A DNA stretch of 52,527 nucleotides from an uncultured Geothermobacter sp. GTDB taxonomy: Bacteria; Desulfobacterota; Desulfuromonadia; Desulfuromonadales; Geothermobacteraceae. The notes below the pieces were generated by a model. It was not told where the DNA came from. It saw only the letters and a program-made list of their open reading frames with translations, and searched no databases. The stretch lies in assembly GCA_964441925.1 (NCBI GenBank), contig CAYTVY010000002.1:1-52527 (forward strand), in the 5' to 3' direction. The stretch's first letter is position 1. Each line of letters starts with the position of its first letter. Positions 17,532 through 27,511 of this stretch are shown piece by piece. Made by a program: the position numbers and the translations under genes.

Positions 17532-18299
17532 ATGGACCTTTCGACCATTGTCGGCATAGTCAGTGCCTTCACCCTGATGATCATGGCGATGTCCAGCGGC
17601 AGCAGCCTGCTGATCTTCATCGACATCCCTTCGGTGCTGATCGTCGTCGGCGGCACCGTCGGTGCGGTCCTGATCCACTACCCCTTCGGCGACGTCTTTC
17701 GCTCGATCAGCATTTTCAAGAAGACCATCCTGCACAAGGCCACCAATCCGAAAGAGCGGGTCAAGACCCTGGTCGAATACGCCGGCAAGGCCCGCAAGGA
17801 GGGTGTGCTCTCCCTGCAGTCGGTGCTGAACGAGGTCGATGACGAATTCCTTGCCAAGGGGCTGCAGATGGCGGTCGACGGCCAGGAACCGGAAACCCTG
17901 AAGGAGCTGCTCGACCGGGAGATCGATTACATCCAGGAGCGGCACGAGAACGGCGCCGACATCTTCGTCGCCTTCGGCACCTATGCCCCGGCGATGGGGA
18001 TGATCGGCACCCTGATCGGCCTGGTCAAAATGCTGCAGTCGCTGAACGATCCGTCATCGATCGGCCCCGCCATGGCCGTCGCCCTACTGACGACCTTCTA
18101 CGGTGCGGTGATCGCCAACATCATCTGCATGCCGGTCGCCGGCAAGCTGAAGAACCGCTCGGCCTCGGAGGTGCTCGACAAGTCACTGATCGCCGAAGGT
18201 CTCAAGCTCATCCTCAAGGGCGAGAACCCGCGCATCATCGAGCAGAAGCTGCACGCTTTTCTCGCCCCCAAGGAACGGGAAAGCAACTTCAACAACTGA
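17532..18299 (+). CDS. motA: Flagellar stator A subunit (MotA/PomA type)
   Basis: MDLSTIVG; ARKEGVLSL; APAMGMIGTLIGLV; IGPAMAVALLTTFYG. Confidence 0.96.
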   Translation: MDLSTIVGIVSAFTLMIMAMSSGSSLLIFIDIPSVLIVVGGTVGAVLIHYPFGDVFRSISIFKKTILHKATNPKERVKTLVEYAGKARKEGVLSLQSVLNEVDDEFLAKGLQMAVDGQEPETLKELLDREIDYIQERHENGADIFVAFGTYAPAMGMIGTLIGLVKMLQSLNDPSSIGPAMAVALLTTFYGAVIANIICMPVAGKLKNRSASEVLDKSLIAEGLKLILKGENPRIIEQKLHAFLAPKERESNFNN

Positions 18300-18311
18300 C
18301 GCGGAGCAACG

Positions 18312-19052
18312 ATGGCGAGGAAACCGAAAAAAGAACCGGCCGGAGCCCCGGCCTGGATGGTCACCTTCAGTGACATGGTCACCCTGCTGCTGACCTTCTT
18401 CGTGCTTCTGCTCTCGATGGCGCGCCTCGACAAGATGAAGTTCATGGACGCAGCCGGCTCCCTGCGTGGCGCCTTCGGTGTGCTCGGATCCTCGGACAAG
18501 GCCGAGGTGACCAAGCCGAAGATCGTCGACGTGGCCCCCATCTTCGACGACCTGGTCACCCGGGTCTACAAGCGCATCCAGTCGCACATGCAAAGACTGC
18601 GCATCGACCGCGACATCGAACTGGTGAAGAATCGCGGCGCCGTGGTGCTGCGGGTCAACAGCGCCATCCTCTTCGACACCGGAAAAACCACCATCAAGCC
18701 GGAGGCCGAGCCGATCCTGCGCAAGGTCGCCGAACTGGTCCGGCCGCTGCCGATGAGCCTGCGCATCGAGGGGCATACCGACAACACCCGCAGCCGGCGT
18801 TCCGGCCTGAGCAACTGGGACATCTCGGTGCAGCGGGCGGTGAACGTGCTGAAGTTCATGGCGACCCACAAGCTGATGCCTCTGGACCGCATGTCGGCGG
18901 TCGGCTACGGCTCGATGCATCCGGTGATCGACAACGACACTCCCGAACATCGCGCCATGAACCGGCGGGTGGAGTTCGTGCTGGAAAATCTCGGCAACTA
19001 CCGGGAAGAACTGCCCTATTTGATCGACGCAACCGAACAGATGCCTTTCTGA
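18312..19052 (+). CDS. motB: Flagellar stator B subunit (MotB/PomB type, OmpA-like domain)
   Basis: PAWMVTFSDMVTLLLTFFVLL; IEGHTDN...NWDIS..RA...NRRVEF. Confidence 0.96.
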   Translation: MARKPKKEPAGAPAWMVTFSDMVTLLLTFFVLLLSMARLDKMKFMDAAGSLRGAFGVLGSSDKAEVTKPKIVDVAPIFDDLVTRVYKRIQSHMQRLRIDRDIELVKNRGAVVLRVNSAILFDTGKTTIKPEAEPILRKVAELVRPLPMSLRIEGHTDNTRSRRSGLSNWDISVQRAVNVLKFMATHKLMPLDRMSAVGYGSMHPVIDNDTPEHRAMNRRVEFVLENLGNYREELPYLIDATEQMPF

Positions 19053-19068
19053 GAAGCGAGGTCGACCC

Positions 19069-19557
19069 ATGGCGGACAAGACGGAAAAAGCCCCGGAGGG
19101 GGGCGGCAAGAAGAAACTCATTCTGATCATCGCCATCGTCCTGGTGGTTCTGATCGGCGGCGGCGTGGCGGCATTCCTGCTGCTCGGCGGCAATGACGAA
19201 GAGGCAAAGAAGGAAAGAGTCGCCCAGGAAGCGGCGGCGCTCGAAAGTCCCGACATCGGTCCGATGGTCAACATCGAGTCGTTCATCGTCAACATTCTCG
19301 ACGACTCGGGAACCCGCTACCTGAAGGCGGCCATGACCCTGGAGCTGACCAACGACGAGGTGGTGGACGAGGTCAACCAGCGCATGCCGCAGATCCGTGA
19401 CGCCGTCATCATGCTGATCGGCAACAAGTCGTTCAGCGAGCTGCAGGACCTGCAGGGCAAGATGCAGCTGCGGGCCGAGCTGACGGCGAAACTGAACAGT
19501 TTTCTCAAGACCGGCAAGATCAAGCGGATCTACTTCACCGATTTCGTGGTCCAGTAG
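19069..19557 (+). CDS. fliL: Flagellar basal body-associated protein FliL
   Basis: KKKLIL plus TM; FIVN; IRD; C-terminal IYFTDFVVQ. Confidence 0.95.
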   Translation: MADKTEKAPEGGGKKKLILIIAIVLVVLIGGGVAAFLLLGGNDEEAKKERVAQEAAALESPDIGPMVNIESFIVNILDDSGTRYLKAAMTLELTNDEVVDEVNQRMPQIRDAVIMLIGNKSFSELQDLQGKMQLRAELTAKLNSFLKTGKIKRIYFTDFVVQ

Positions 19558-19565
19558 GAGGCGTC

Positions 19566-20558
19566 GTGGAACGCATTCTCACCCAGGAAGAGATCAGTGA
19601 ACTGCTGTCGGCGGTCCATCAGGGCGAGATCCCGGCGGAACCGGAGGTCGAGACGGCCGATGACGGCAGGCAGATCAGCCCGCTGAACCTGGTCCGGGCG
19701 CACGCATCCGGCGACCTGAAACTGAACAATTTCGATCTGCTGATCGATTCCTTTGCCCGCAACTACGCCATTTCGCTCACCAACCGGGTCCAGCAGTCGG
19801 TCAACGTCCGCCGCACGAGCATCCGCCCGGTTGAATGCGAATCCTTCCTGCACCGTCTGCAAAGCGGCGTCGCCATCGGCCTGTACCGTTTCGACCCGCT
19901 GCGGCACGGCGTTCTGGCCGTTCTCTCGCCGACACTCGCCTGCGCCCTGGTCGAAATTCAGCTCGGCGGCGACCCCAACAAGCCGGCCAGCGTTCCGAAC
20001 CGGCCGCTGACGGCGATCGAAATGAACATCCTCAAGAGCATGTTCGGCGATGTCGCTCTCGACCTGGCCAAGGTTCTCAGCTTTCTGGACGGGGTCGGCA
20101 TCTCCCTGGAGGGGCTGCAGAGCAATCCACGGCTGGTCAACCTGATTCCCGGCGATGCCATGGTCGTGGCCGCCACCCTCGAAATCGAAATCGGCGCCAC
20201 CAAGGGGCTGCTGGAGCTGATCTTTCCCCACAGCATTCTCGATCCGATCCGGGAAGGCATGCAGCAGAACCGGAACGACGACGGCAGCGAAGCCTGGCGG
20301 CGGCGCCTGCTGGCCGAGCTGCCGGCCATTCCGGTCGAAATCGCGGCCGAGCTGGGAACCATCACCCTGCAGATGCGCGACTTCATCAACTTCCGGGAAG
20401 GGGACATCATCGACCTGCCCTGGAACCCGAACGATCCCCTGGCGATCAAGGTCGAAGGGCGTCCGAAATATGTCGCCCAGGTCGGGGTGAGAAACGGCAA
20501 CAAGGCGGTGCGCATCACCGGCATCTACAGTGAAGGAGCGAACCATGGAAACACCTGA
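19566..20558 (+). CDS. fliM: Flagellar motor switch protein FliM
   Basis: CheY-binding-type N-terminus ILTQEEISELL; LGG middle motif; C-terminal SpoA domain. Confidence 0.92.
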   Translation: MERILTQEEISELLSAVHQGEIPAEPEVETADDGRQISPLNLVRAHASGDLKLNNFDLLIDSFARNYAISLTNRVQQSVNVRRTSIRPVECESFLHRLQSGVAIGLYRFDPLRHGVLAVLSPTLACALVEIQLGGDPNKPASVPNRPLTAIEMNILKSMFGDVALDLAKVLSFLDGVGISLEGLQSNPRLVNLIPGDAMVVAATLEIEIGATKGLLELIFPHSILDPIREGMQQNRNDDGSEAWRRRLLAELPAIPVEIAAELGTITLQMRDFINFREGDIIDLPWNPNDPLAIKVEGRPKYVAQVGVRNGNKAVRITGIYSEGANHGNT

Positions 20559-20865
20559 GGAGACCATCAACACCAACACCGGCGAAAACAACACCCAGGG
20601 CGGATCGCGCGGCATCGACTTTCTGCTCGACATTCCGCTCAACGTCTCGGTCGAGGTCGGCCGTTCCCGCATCCTGGTCAAGGACCTGCTGCAGATGCGC
20701 GAGGGCTATGTGATCGAGCTGGACAAGCTGGCCGGCGAGCCGCTCGACCTCTACGTCAACTCGAAACTGATCGCCCGCGGCGAGGCGGTGCTGGCCGGCG
20801 ACAAGTTCGGCCTGCGCCTGACCGATGTCATCAGCCCCGCCGAGCGGATCGAGAATCTGGGCTGA
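20545..20865 (+). CDS. fliN: Flagellar motor switch protein FliN
   Basis: IDFLLDIPLNVSVEVGR...IELDKLAGEPLD...IARGE...FGLR. Confidence 0.96.
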   Translation: METPEETINTNTGENNTQGGSRGIDFLLDIPLNVSVEVGRSRILVKDLLQMREGYVIELDKLAGEPLDLYVNSKLIARGEAVLAGDKFGLRLTDVISPAERIENLG

Positions 20866-21242
20866 TGCGGCCGGTACTGCTGTTCATCGGTCTGCTCGGA
20901 CCGGCCTGGCCCGCTCTGGCCGCCGAAGCCTACGACCCTCCGGGCCTGCTGACCGGCGGGCTGCGGGTCGTCGGCTCGCTGGTGCTGGTGATCGGACTGG
21001 CCCTGCTCGTTCTGGCCCTGGCGAAAAAGCGGCTGCAGCTGCTGCCCGGCCAGAAAAAAGGCGTCATCCGTATCATCGAGACCCGCGCCCTGGCCCCGAA
21101 GAAGGCCGTGGCGCTGATCGAGGTCCGGGGACGCGAACTGCTGGTCGGCATCGGCCAGGAGAACATCAGCCTGCTGTGCGAACTGCCGGCGGACAGGTGC
21201 TTCGCCGAAACCCTCGAACAACAGATGGAGGCGGACCGATGA
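20865..21242 (+). CDS. fliO: Flagellar biosynthesis protein FliO
   Basis: TM plus IRIIETRALAPKK...LIEV...LLVGI...ISLL; lies between fliN and fliP. Confidence 0.9.
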   Translation: MRPVLLFIGLLGPAWPALAAEAYDPPGLLTGGLRVVGSLVLVIGLALLVLALAKKRLQLLPGQKKGVIRIIETRALAPKKAVALIEVRGRELLVGIGQENISLLCELPADRCFAETLEQQMEADR

Positions 21243-21982
21243 AGCGGCTGGCGGCCGGCCTCGTTTTTCTGCTCTGCCTGTTTGCGGCGCAGCATGCTCC
21301 GGCGCAAGGCCTGCCGACCCTCACCGTCGGCATCGGCGAAGCGAACAGCCCCGGCGAGGTTTCGACGGCGCTGCAGATCCTGCTGCTGCTGACCGTTCTT
21401 TCGGTGGCGCCGGCCATTCTGCTGATGACCACGGCCTTCACCCGCATCGTCGTCGTGCTCTCCTTCGTCCGCCAGGCGATGGGCACCCAGCAGATGCCGC
21501 CGAACCAGGTGATCATTGGCCTGTCGCTCTTTCTGACCTTCTTCGTCATGGCGCCGGTCTTCAGCCAGATCAACGAGCAGGCCATCAAGCCCTACCTCGA
21601 CGGCAGACTGCCGCAGAAACAGGCGCTCGCCAAGGCCGTGGAACCGATGCGGGACTTCATGTTCGGCCAGACCGACGAGAAGGATCTCGCCCTGCTGGTG
21701 GCGCTAACCGGTGACGACCAGCCCGGCGATCCGGACGACGTGCCGACCATGACCCTGATCCCGGCCTTCATGCTCTCGGAGCTGAAACGGGCCTTTCAGA
21801 TCGGCTTTCTCATCTATGTCCCCTTTCTGGTCATCGACATGGTGGTCGCCTCGGTGCTGATGGCGATGGGGATGATGATGCTGCCGCCGCCGATCATTTC
21901 GCTGCCCTTCAAGCTGCTGCTGTTCGTCCTGGTCGACGGCTGGGGACTGGTGGTCGGTTCGCTGGTCCAGAGTTTTCATTGA
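21239..21982 (+). CDS. fliP: Flagellar export gate protein FliP
   Basis: TAFTRIVVVLS..RQAMGTQQMPPNQV; PAFMLSELK.AFQIGF; MGMMMLPP...SLPFKLLLFVLVDGW. Confidence 0.97.
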   Translation: MKRLAAGLVFLLCLFAAQHAPAQGLPTLTVGIGEANSPGEVSTALQILLLLTVLSVAPAILLMTTAFTRIVVVLSFVRQAMGTQQMPPNQVIIGLSLFLTFFVMAPVFSQINEQAIKPYLDGRLPQKQALAKAVEPMRDFMFGQTDEKDLALLVALTGDDQPGDPDDVPTMTLIPAFMLSELKRAFQIGFLIYVPFLVIDMVVASVLMAMGMMMLPPPIISLPFKLLLFVLVDGWGLVVGSLVQSFH

Positions 21983-22007
21983 CGGAACACCGATTGCGGA
22001 GGAAGAC

Positions 22008-22277
22008 ATGCCCCCCGAAATGGTCATCGATGTCGGCCGCCGTGCCGTGGAAATGGTGCTGATGCTCTCCGGCCCCATGCTGGTCTGCGCCGTGGTGGTC
22101 GGCCTGGTCATCAGCATCTTTCAGGCCGCCACCCAGATCAACGAGCAGACCATGACCTTCATTCCCAAGATCGTCGCCGTGCTGGTGGCGCTGGTGATCA
22201 CCGCACCCTGGATGATCCGGGTCATGGTCGCCTTCACCCGTGACCTGTACGGCCAGATCGGCCACCTGGGAGGCTGA
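22008..22277 (+). CDS. fliQ: Flagellar export gate protein FliQ
   Basis: GLVISIFQAATQINEQTMTFIPK. Confidence 0.97.
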   Translation: MPPEMVIDVGRRAVEMVLMLSGPMLVCAVVVGLVISIFQAATQINEQTMTFIPKIVAVLVALVITAPWMIRVMVAFTRDLYGQIGHLGG

Positions 22278-22282
22278 GCCCC

Positions 22283-23065
22283 ATGGAACTGCCGGTCCTC
22301 TCCACCGCCACCATTCAGGCGCTGCTGATCTGCCTGGTGCGCATCGGCGCCCTGATGGGCACCCTGCCCATCTACAGCAGCAGCCAGGCACCGATGCGCA
22401 TCCGCGTCGCCCTGACGGTGATGCTGACCCTGGTGGTCTTTCCCGTGGTCCGCCACCTGATCCCGCAGACGCCGTTCGCGCCGCTGACCCTGGCCGTACT
22501 GCTGGCCGGCGAGGGGATGCTGGGCCTGATGGTCGGCTACATCGCCCGCTTCATCTTCACCGCCGTCGAGCTCGGCGGCACCGTCATCGGCTACCAGATG
22601 GGCTTCGCCGCCGCCAACGTCTTCGACCCCCAGAACCAGCGGCAGGTGTCGCTGATCTCGCAGTTCCAGAACGTACTGGCCATCCTGATCTTCCTGTCGC
22701 TGAACATCCATCACAACTTCATCCGGGCACTGGTCTCCTCCTTCCGCCTGCTGCCACCGGGGCGCTGGGACTTCTCCGGCGGGGCCATCCCCTACCTGCT
22801 GGAACTGGCCGGCCGCATGTTCACCCTCGGCGTCCAGCTGAGCGCCCCGGTGCTGGCCGTGCTGCTGCTCTCCGGCCTGGTGCTCGGCATCATGGCGCGG
22901 GTCTTTCCGCAGCTGAACGTCTTTCTGCTCTCCTTTCCGCTGAACATCGGCATCAGTTTTCTGCTGATCGGCCTGACCCTCAACCTGCTGGTGGCCCTGC
23001 TCAACCAGGAGTTCAGCGAGCTGGAGCAGCGTTTCACCCTGCTCTTTACGGCCCTGCAGAGGTAG
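22283..23065 (+). CDS. fliR: Flagellar export gate protein FliR
   Basis: Polytopic membrane protein; QMGF..A.VFDP; RVFPQLNVF..SFP. Confidence 0.96.
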   Translation: MELPVLSTATIQALLICLVRIGALMGTLPIYSSSQAPMRIRVALTVMLTLVVFPVVRHLIPQTPFAPLTLAVLLAGEGMLGLMVGYIARFIFTAVELGGTVIGYQMGFAAANVFDPQNQRQVSLISQFQNVLAILIFLSLNIHHNFIRALVSSFRLLPPGRWDFSGGAIPYLLELAGRMFTLGVQLSAPVLAVLLLSGLVLGIMARVFPQLNVFLLSFPLNIGISFLLIGLTLNLLVALLNQEFSELEQRFTLLFTALQR

Positions 23066-23069
23066 CACC

Positions 23070-24134
23070 ATGGCGGAAGAACAGGAACAGGAACGCACAG
23101 AACAGGCGACACAGAAACGCCGTGAGGATTTTCGCAAGAAAGGCCAGGTCGCCCAGAGCAAGGAGGTGCAGACCGCCCTGCTGCTCACCTCGGCCCTGCT
23201 GCTGTGGTACTTCTACCTGCCCTTCTTCTGGCCCCGTCTGCAGTTTCTGGTCGCCGACATCTGGCGGCGGGCGGGCGAGATCGAAGTGACCGGCAACACG
23301 GTCTACGACCTCGCCCTGGCCCTGATGCAGCAGATCGGCCTGCTGCTGGCACCACTGCTGCTGATGGTGATGGTCGTCGGTGCGGCGGCCAGCATCATCC
23401 AGATCGGTTTTCTGCTGACTACCAAGCCGCTCGAGCCGGACCTGAGCAAGCTCAATCCGGTTCAGGGAATGAAGAAATTCTTCTCCAGGCGCAGTGCCGT
23501 CGAGGTGGTCAAGTCACTGATCAAGATCGGCCTGATCGGCTTCGTCGCCTTCCGGACGGTCCAGGCGTCCTTCGCCGAAAGCGTCCTGCTGGTCGACGCT
23601 CCCCTGGGGGAAACCGTCCGTTTTCTCGGGCGCGTCGCGTCCCTGGTGCTGTTCAAGAGCTGCGGCGTACTGGTCGTGCTCGCCCTGTTCGACTATCTCT
23701 TCGTTCGCTGGGAGATGGAACAGCGGATGAAGATGACCAAACAGGAGATCAAGGAAGAGTTCAAGGAGACCGAGGGCGATCCGCACCTGAAGGCCCGGGT
23801 CCGCTCCATCCAGCAGGAGATGGCCCGCAAGCGGATGATGGCCGAGGTGCCGAAAGCCGACGTGGTGGTGACCAACCCGACCCACCTGTCGGTCGCCCTG
23901 AAATATGACCGCGAAACCATGTCGGCACCGCAGGTGATCGCCAAGGGGGCGGATCATCTGGCGCTGAAGATTCGCGAGATCGCCCGCGAGCACCAGGTGG
24001 TGATGGTGGAGAACGTTCCCGTGGCCCGGGCGCTGTACCAGCTCGAGGTCGGCCAGACCATCCCGGAGGAGATGTTCACCGCCGTGGCCGAGATCCTGGC
24101 CTACGTCTACAGCGTCAGGAAGAAATCGTTCTGA
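23070..24134 (+). CDS. flhB: Flagellar export protein FlhB
   Basis: RTEQAT.KR...RKKGQV..S.E; MTKQEIKEE.KETEGDP; autocleavage motif TNPTH. Confidence 0.97.
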   Translation: MAEEQEQERTEQATQKRREDFRKKGQVAQSKEVQTALLLTSALLLWYFYLPFFWPRLQFLVADIWRRAGEIEVTGNTVYDLALALMQQIGLLLAPLLLMVMVVGAAASIIQIGFLLTTKPLEPDLSKLNPVQGMKKFFSRRSAVEVVKSLIKIGLIGFVAFRTVQASFAESVLLVDAPLGETVRFLGRVASLVLFKSCGVLVVLALFDYLFVRWEMEQRMKMTKQEIKEEFKETEGDPHLKARVRSIQQEMARKRMMAEVPKADVVVTNPTHLSVALKYDRETMSAPQVIAKGADHLALKIREIAREHQVVMVENVPVARALYQLEVGQTIPEEMFTAVAEILAYVYSVRKKSF

Positions 24135-24145
24135 AGGAGGCGTCA

Positions 24146-26233
24146 ATGGTAGCACTCGTCGAACGCCACGACTGGGCGAAAACCATGATGCGGACCGATG
24201 TCATCGTCGGCCTGGGGCTGGTCCTGGTGCTGATGGTGATGATCATCCCCCTGCCGCCCTTGCTGCTCGACCTCTTTCTCACCCTGAACATCACCATCTC
24301 GCTGGTGATCCTGATCATCACCCTCTACACCACCCGCACCCTCGACTTTTCGAGTTTTCCGTCCCTGCTGCTGGCCACCACCCTCTTCCGGCTGTCGCTC
24401 AACGTCGCCTCGACCCGCCTGATCCTGCTGCACGGCCAGGAGGGGGTCTCGGCGGCGGGCAGTGTCATCCGCGCCTTCGGCCAGTTCGTGGTCGGCGGCA
24501 ACTACGTGGTCGGCATCGTCATCTTCTGCATCCTGGTGGTCATCAACTTCATGGTCATCACCAAGGGCGCCGGCCGTGTCGCCGAGGTGGCGGCCCGGTT
24601 CACCCTCGACGCCATGCCCGGCAAGCAGATGGCGATCGACGCCGATCTCAACGCCGGCCTGATCAACGAGGAAACCGCCCGCCAGCGGCGCCAGGAGATC
24701 GCCGAGGAGGCCGACTTCTACGGGGCGATGGACGGCGCCAGCAAGTTCGTCCGCGGCGACGCCATCGCCGGCATCATCATCACCCTGGTCAACATCGGCG
24801 CCGGTTTCGTCATCGGGGTACTGCAGAACGGCATGCCGGCGATGGAGGCGGCCCGCACTTACACCATCCTGACCGTCGGCGACGGCCTGGTCGGCCAGAT
24901 ACCGGCCCTGATCATCTCGACGGCGGCCGGCATCCTGGTCACCCGCGCCGCCGGCGGCAGCGATTTCGGCACCACTCTCAAGGGACAGATGACCATGCAT
25001 CCGCGGGCCCTCTGGCTGGTGTCGGGCATCCTGCTGGTCTTCGCCATCATTCCCGGGCTGCCGACCGTTCCCTTCATCGTTCTGGCCGCCCTGATCGCCC
25101 TGTCCGCCTGGCAGGTGCAGAAAGCCCAGGCATCCCGCGAAACGCAGGAGGCGGAAGCGGTCGAGGTCACCGAGGAGGAACCGGCCGAGATCGATTTCGA
25201 CGAGCTGCTGCATGTCGACCTGCTCGAACTCGAGGTCGGCTACGGCCTCATCCCCCTGGTCGACGCCAACCAGGAAGGTGACCTGCTGCCGCGCATCCAG
25301 GCGATCCGCAAACAGTTCGCCCTCGACATGGGCTTCATCATTCCGCCGGTGCACATCAAGGACAACCTGCAGCTCGCCCCCAACCAGTACAGCATCCTGC
25401 TCAAGGGGGTGAAGGTGGGTGTCGGAGAAGTGTTCCCGGGTCAATATCTCGCCATGGATCCGGGCACCGCCACCGAGCAGATCCAGGGGATCGAAACCAC
25501 CGAACCGGCCTTCGGCCTGCCCGCCATCTGGATCACCGAAGACAAGAAGGATCGCGCGCAAATAGCCGGATATACAGTGGTTGACTGTGCCACGGTGGTC
25601 AGCACCCACCTGAGCGAAATCATCAAAAAACACGCGCATGAACTGCTCGGCCGCCAGGAGGTACAGAACTTGCTCGACACCCTGGCAAAGACGTATCCGA
25701 AACTGGTCGAGGAACTGGTTCCCGACATCCTGAACACGGGACTGATCATGCGCGTCATGCAGAATCTGCTCAGAGAACAGGTCAGCATCCGGGACATCCG
25801 GACCATCCTGGAAACCATGGCCGACTACGTCGGCGTCTCCCAGGATCCCACCTACCTGACCGAACAGGTCCGGGCCGCCCTGGGCCGCCTGATCAGTGCC
25901 CGTTACGCCGAAGACGGGCAGAACCTGAAACTGATCACCCTCGACCGGGAGATCGAGGAGACCATCCACAACGCGATCCAGAACACGAGCGAAGGCAACT
26001 ATCTGGCCCTCGATCCGAACACCGCCCACCGGATCATCGACCGCCTCAGCCAGACCATCGGCAATATGAGCGGCGGCACGCCGCCGGTGCTGCTGACGGC
26101 GCCAACGATCCGACCCCATGTCAAAAGGTTGACCGAGCGGTACCTGCCGCACCTGGTCGTTCTTTCGCACAACGAGATCGCACCCGACATGATGGTGCGG
26201 TCCCTGGGAACGGTGAGCCTCCATGCAGGTTAA
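24146..26233 (+). CDS. flhA: Flagellar export protein FlhA
   Basis: FHIPEP signature RVAEVAARFTLDAMPGKQMAIDADL; FYGAMDGASKFVRGDA. Confidence 0.98.
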   Translation: MVALVERHDWAKTMMRTDVIVGLGLVLVLMVMIIPLPPLLLDLFLTLNITISLVILIITLYTTRTLDFSSFPSLLLATTLFRLSLNVASTRLILLHGQEGVSAAGSVIRAFGQFVVGGNYVVGIVIFCILVVINFMVITKGAGRVAEVAARFTLDAMPGKQMAIDADLNAGLINEETARQRRQEIAEEADFYGAMDGASKFVRGDAIAGIIITLVNIGAGFVIGVLQNGMPAMEAARTYTILTVGDGLVGQIPALIISTAAGILVTRAAGGSDFGTTLKGQMTMHPRALWLVSGILLVFAIIPGLPTVPFIVLAALIALSAWQVQKAQASRETQEAEAVEVTEEEPAEIDFDELLHVDLLELEVGYGLIPLVDANQEGDLLPRIQAIRKQFALDMGFIIPPVHIKDNLQLAPNQYSILLKGVKVGVGEVFPGQYLAMDPGTATEQIQGIETTEPAFGLPAIWITEDKKDRAQIAGYTVVDCATVVSTHLSEIIKKHAHELLGRQEVQNLLDTLAKTYPKLVEELVPDILNTGLIMRVMQNLLREQVSIRDIRTILETMADYVGVSQDPTYLTEQVRAALGRLISARYAEDGQNLKLITLDREIEETIHNAIQNTSEGNYLALDPNTAHRIIDRLSQTIGNMSGGTPPVLLTAPTIRPHVKRLTERYLPHLVVLSHNEIAPDMMVRSLGTVSLHAG

Positions 26234-27500
26234 AGTGTTCGAAGCCGACAGCATGGCCGCGGCCCTGAAGAAGGTGAAGGAGACCTTCGGTCCCGACGCC
26301 CTGATCCTCTCGACCCGGACCATCCGCAGAAACGGACTGGGCATTCTCGGCCGGCCGCGCATCGAGATCACCGCCGCCATCGAGGAAGACGACAGCGGTG
26401 TCACCGAGGAAACCCGGCCGGCCGAGCCTTCGGCCGGTCAAAGGCAGCAAAGTGCCAAAACGGCGGTCAGGGCGACCGTCGCCGACCGCATCGACTACCG
26501 CCAGATCTGGCGGCAGCGCAAGGTCATCGATCCGGTCGAGGCGGAGCTTCAGAGCCTGCGCGAGCAGCTCGCCCGGCAGGACGTTTCGGCCCTGCGCTCG
26601 GAGCTGGAAGAGCTCAAGGCGGCCATCCGTGAACTCAACCGGCCGGTGACACCGCCGGCGCCGCAACCGGCCACGCCGCCGCAGCCGCCGGTCGTGCGGC
26701 AACAGCCCCCGGCCAAGGATGCGATGGTGGAGCAGCTGATCGCCAGTCTCAAGGCACACGACCTGGAAGACGCCACCGCCGAAACCCTGGCCCGCTATGC
26801 CGGCGAACGGCTGCATCCGCAGCAGCTGACCGACCCGGCCTACCTCAACCAGTTCTTCCTCGACACCATCAGCGACCTGGTGCAGTTCACCCATCCCTTC
26901 GCCGGCGGCCGGGGCCAGAAACGGCTGGCCCTGGTCGGACCGACCGGGGTCGGCAAGACCACCACCATCGCCAAACTGGCCGCCGCCTACCTGCAGCAGT
27001 ATTCCGGTCGACTCGCCCTGTTCACCATCGACACCTACCGGATCGCGGCGGCCGAACAGCTGCGCGTCTATGGCGAGATCATGGAGCTGCCGGTCGAGGT
27101 GATCTACTCGCCGGAACAGCTGCAGACGGCATTTGCCCGTCACAGCGACAAGGATCTGATCCTGATCGACACCAGCGGCCGCTGCCACCACGACGAGGCA
27201 GGAATGGCCGAAATCGCCGCTTTTCTCGGCCCCGAGGCCCGGACCGAAAACCACCTCGTGCTGGCCACCGGCACCCGCGGACGCGACCTGGTCGACATCG
27301 TCGGCAGCTTCCGGCGCATCCCGCTGGCCAGCCTGATTTTCAGCAAGGTGGACGAAACCGCACAGCGTGGCGCCCTGCTCGACATCCCTTTGCGGCAGAA
27401 TCTGCCGATTTCCTATCTGACCAACGGCCAGCGGGTACCCGAAGACATCCTGGCCGCCGAACCGAAGGTGGTTGCCGAATGTATTCTGGGACAGCAATAG
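26223..27500 (+). CDS. flhF: SRP-family GTPase FlhF
   Basis: N-terminal VKVFEA.SM..AL..VK..FG.DALILS; GPTGVGKTTT; DTYRIAA; GQRVPEDI. Confidence 0.96.
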   Translation: MQVKVFEADSMAAALKKVKETFGPDALILSTRTIRRNGLGILGRPRIEITAAIEEDDSGVTEETRPAEPSAGQRQQSAKTAVRATVADRIDYRQIWRQRKVIDPVEAELQSLREQLARQDVSALRSELEELKAAIRELNRPVTPPAPQPATPPQPPVVRQQPPAKDAMVEQLIASLKAHDLEDATAETLARYAGERLHPQQLTDPAYLNQFFLDTISDLVQFTHPFAGGRGQKRLALVGPTGVGKTTTIAKLAAAYLQQYSGRLALFTIDTYRIAAAEQLRVYGEIMELPVEVIYSPEQLQTAFARHSDKDLILIDTSGRCHHDEAGMAEIAAFLGPEARTENHLVLATGTRGRDLVDIVGSFRRIPLASLIFSKVDETAQRGALLDIPLRQNLPISYLTNGQRVPEDILAAEPKVVAECILGQQ

Positions 27501-27511
27501 AGGTGAATTCG

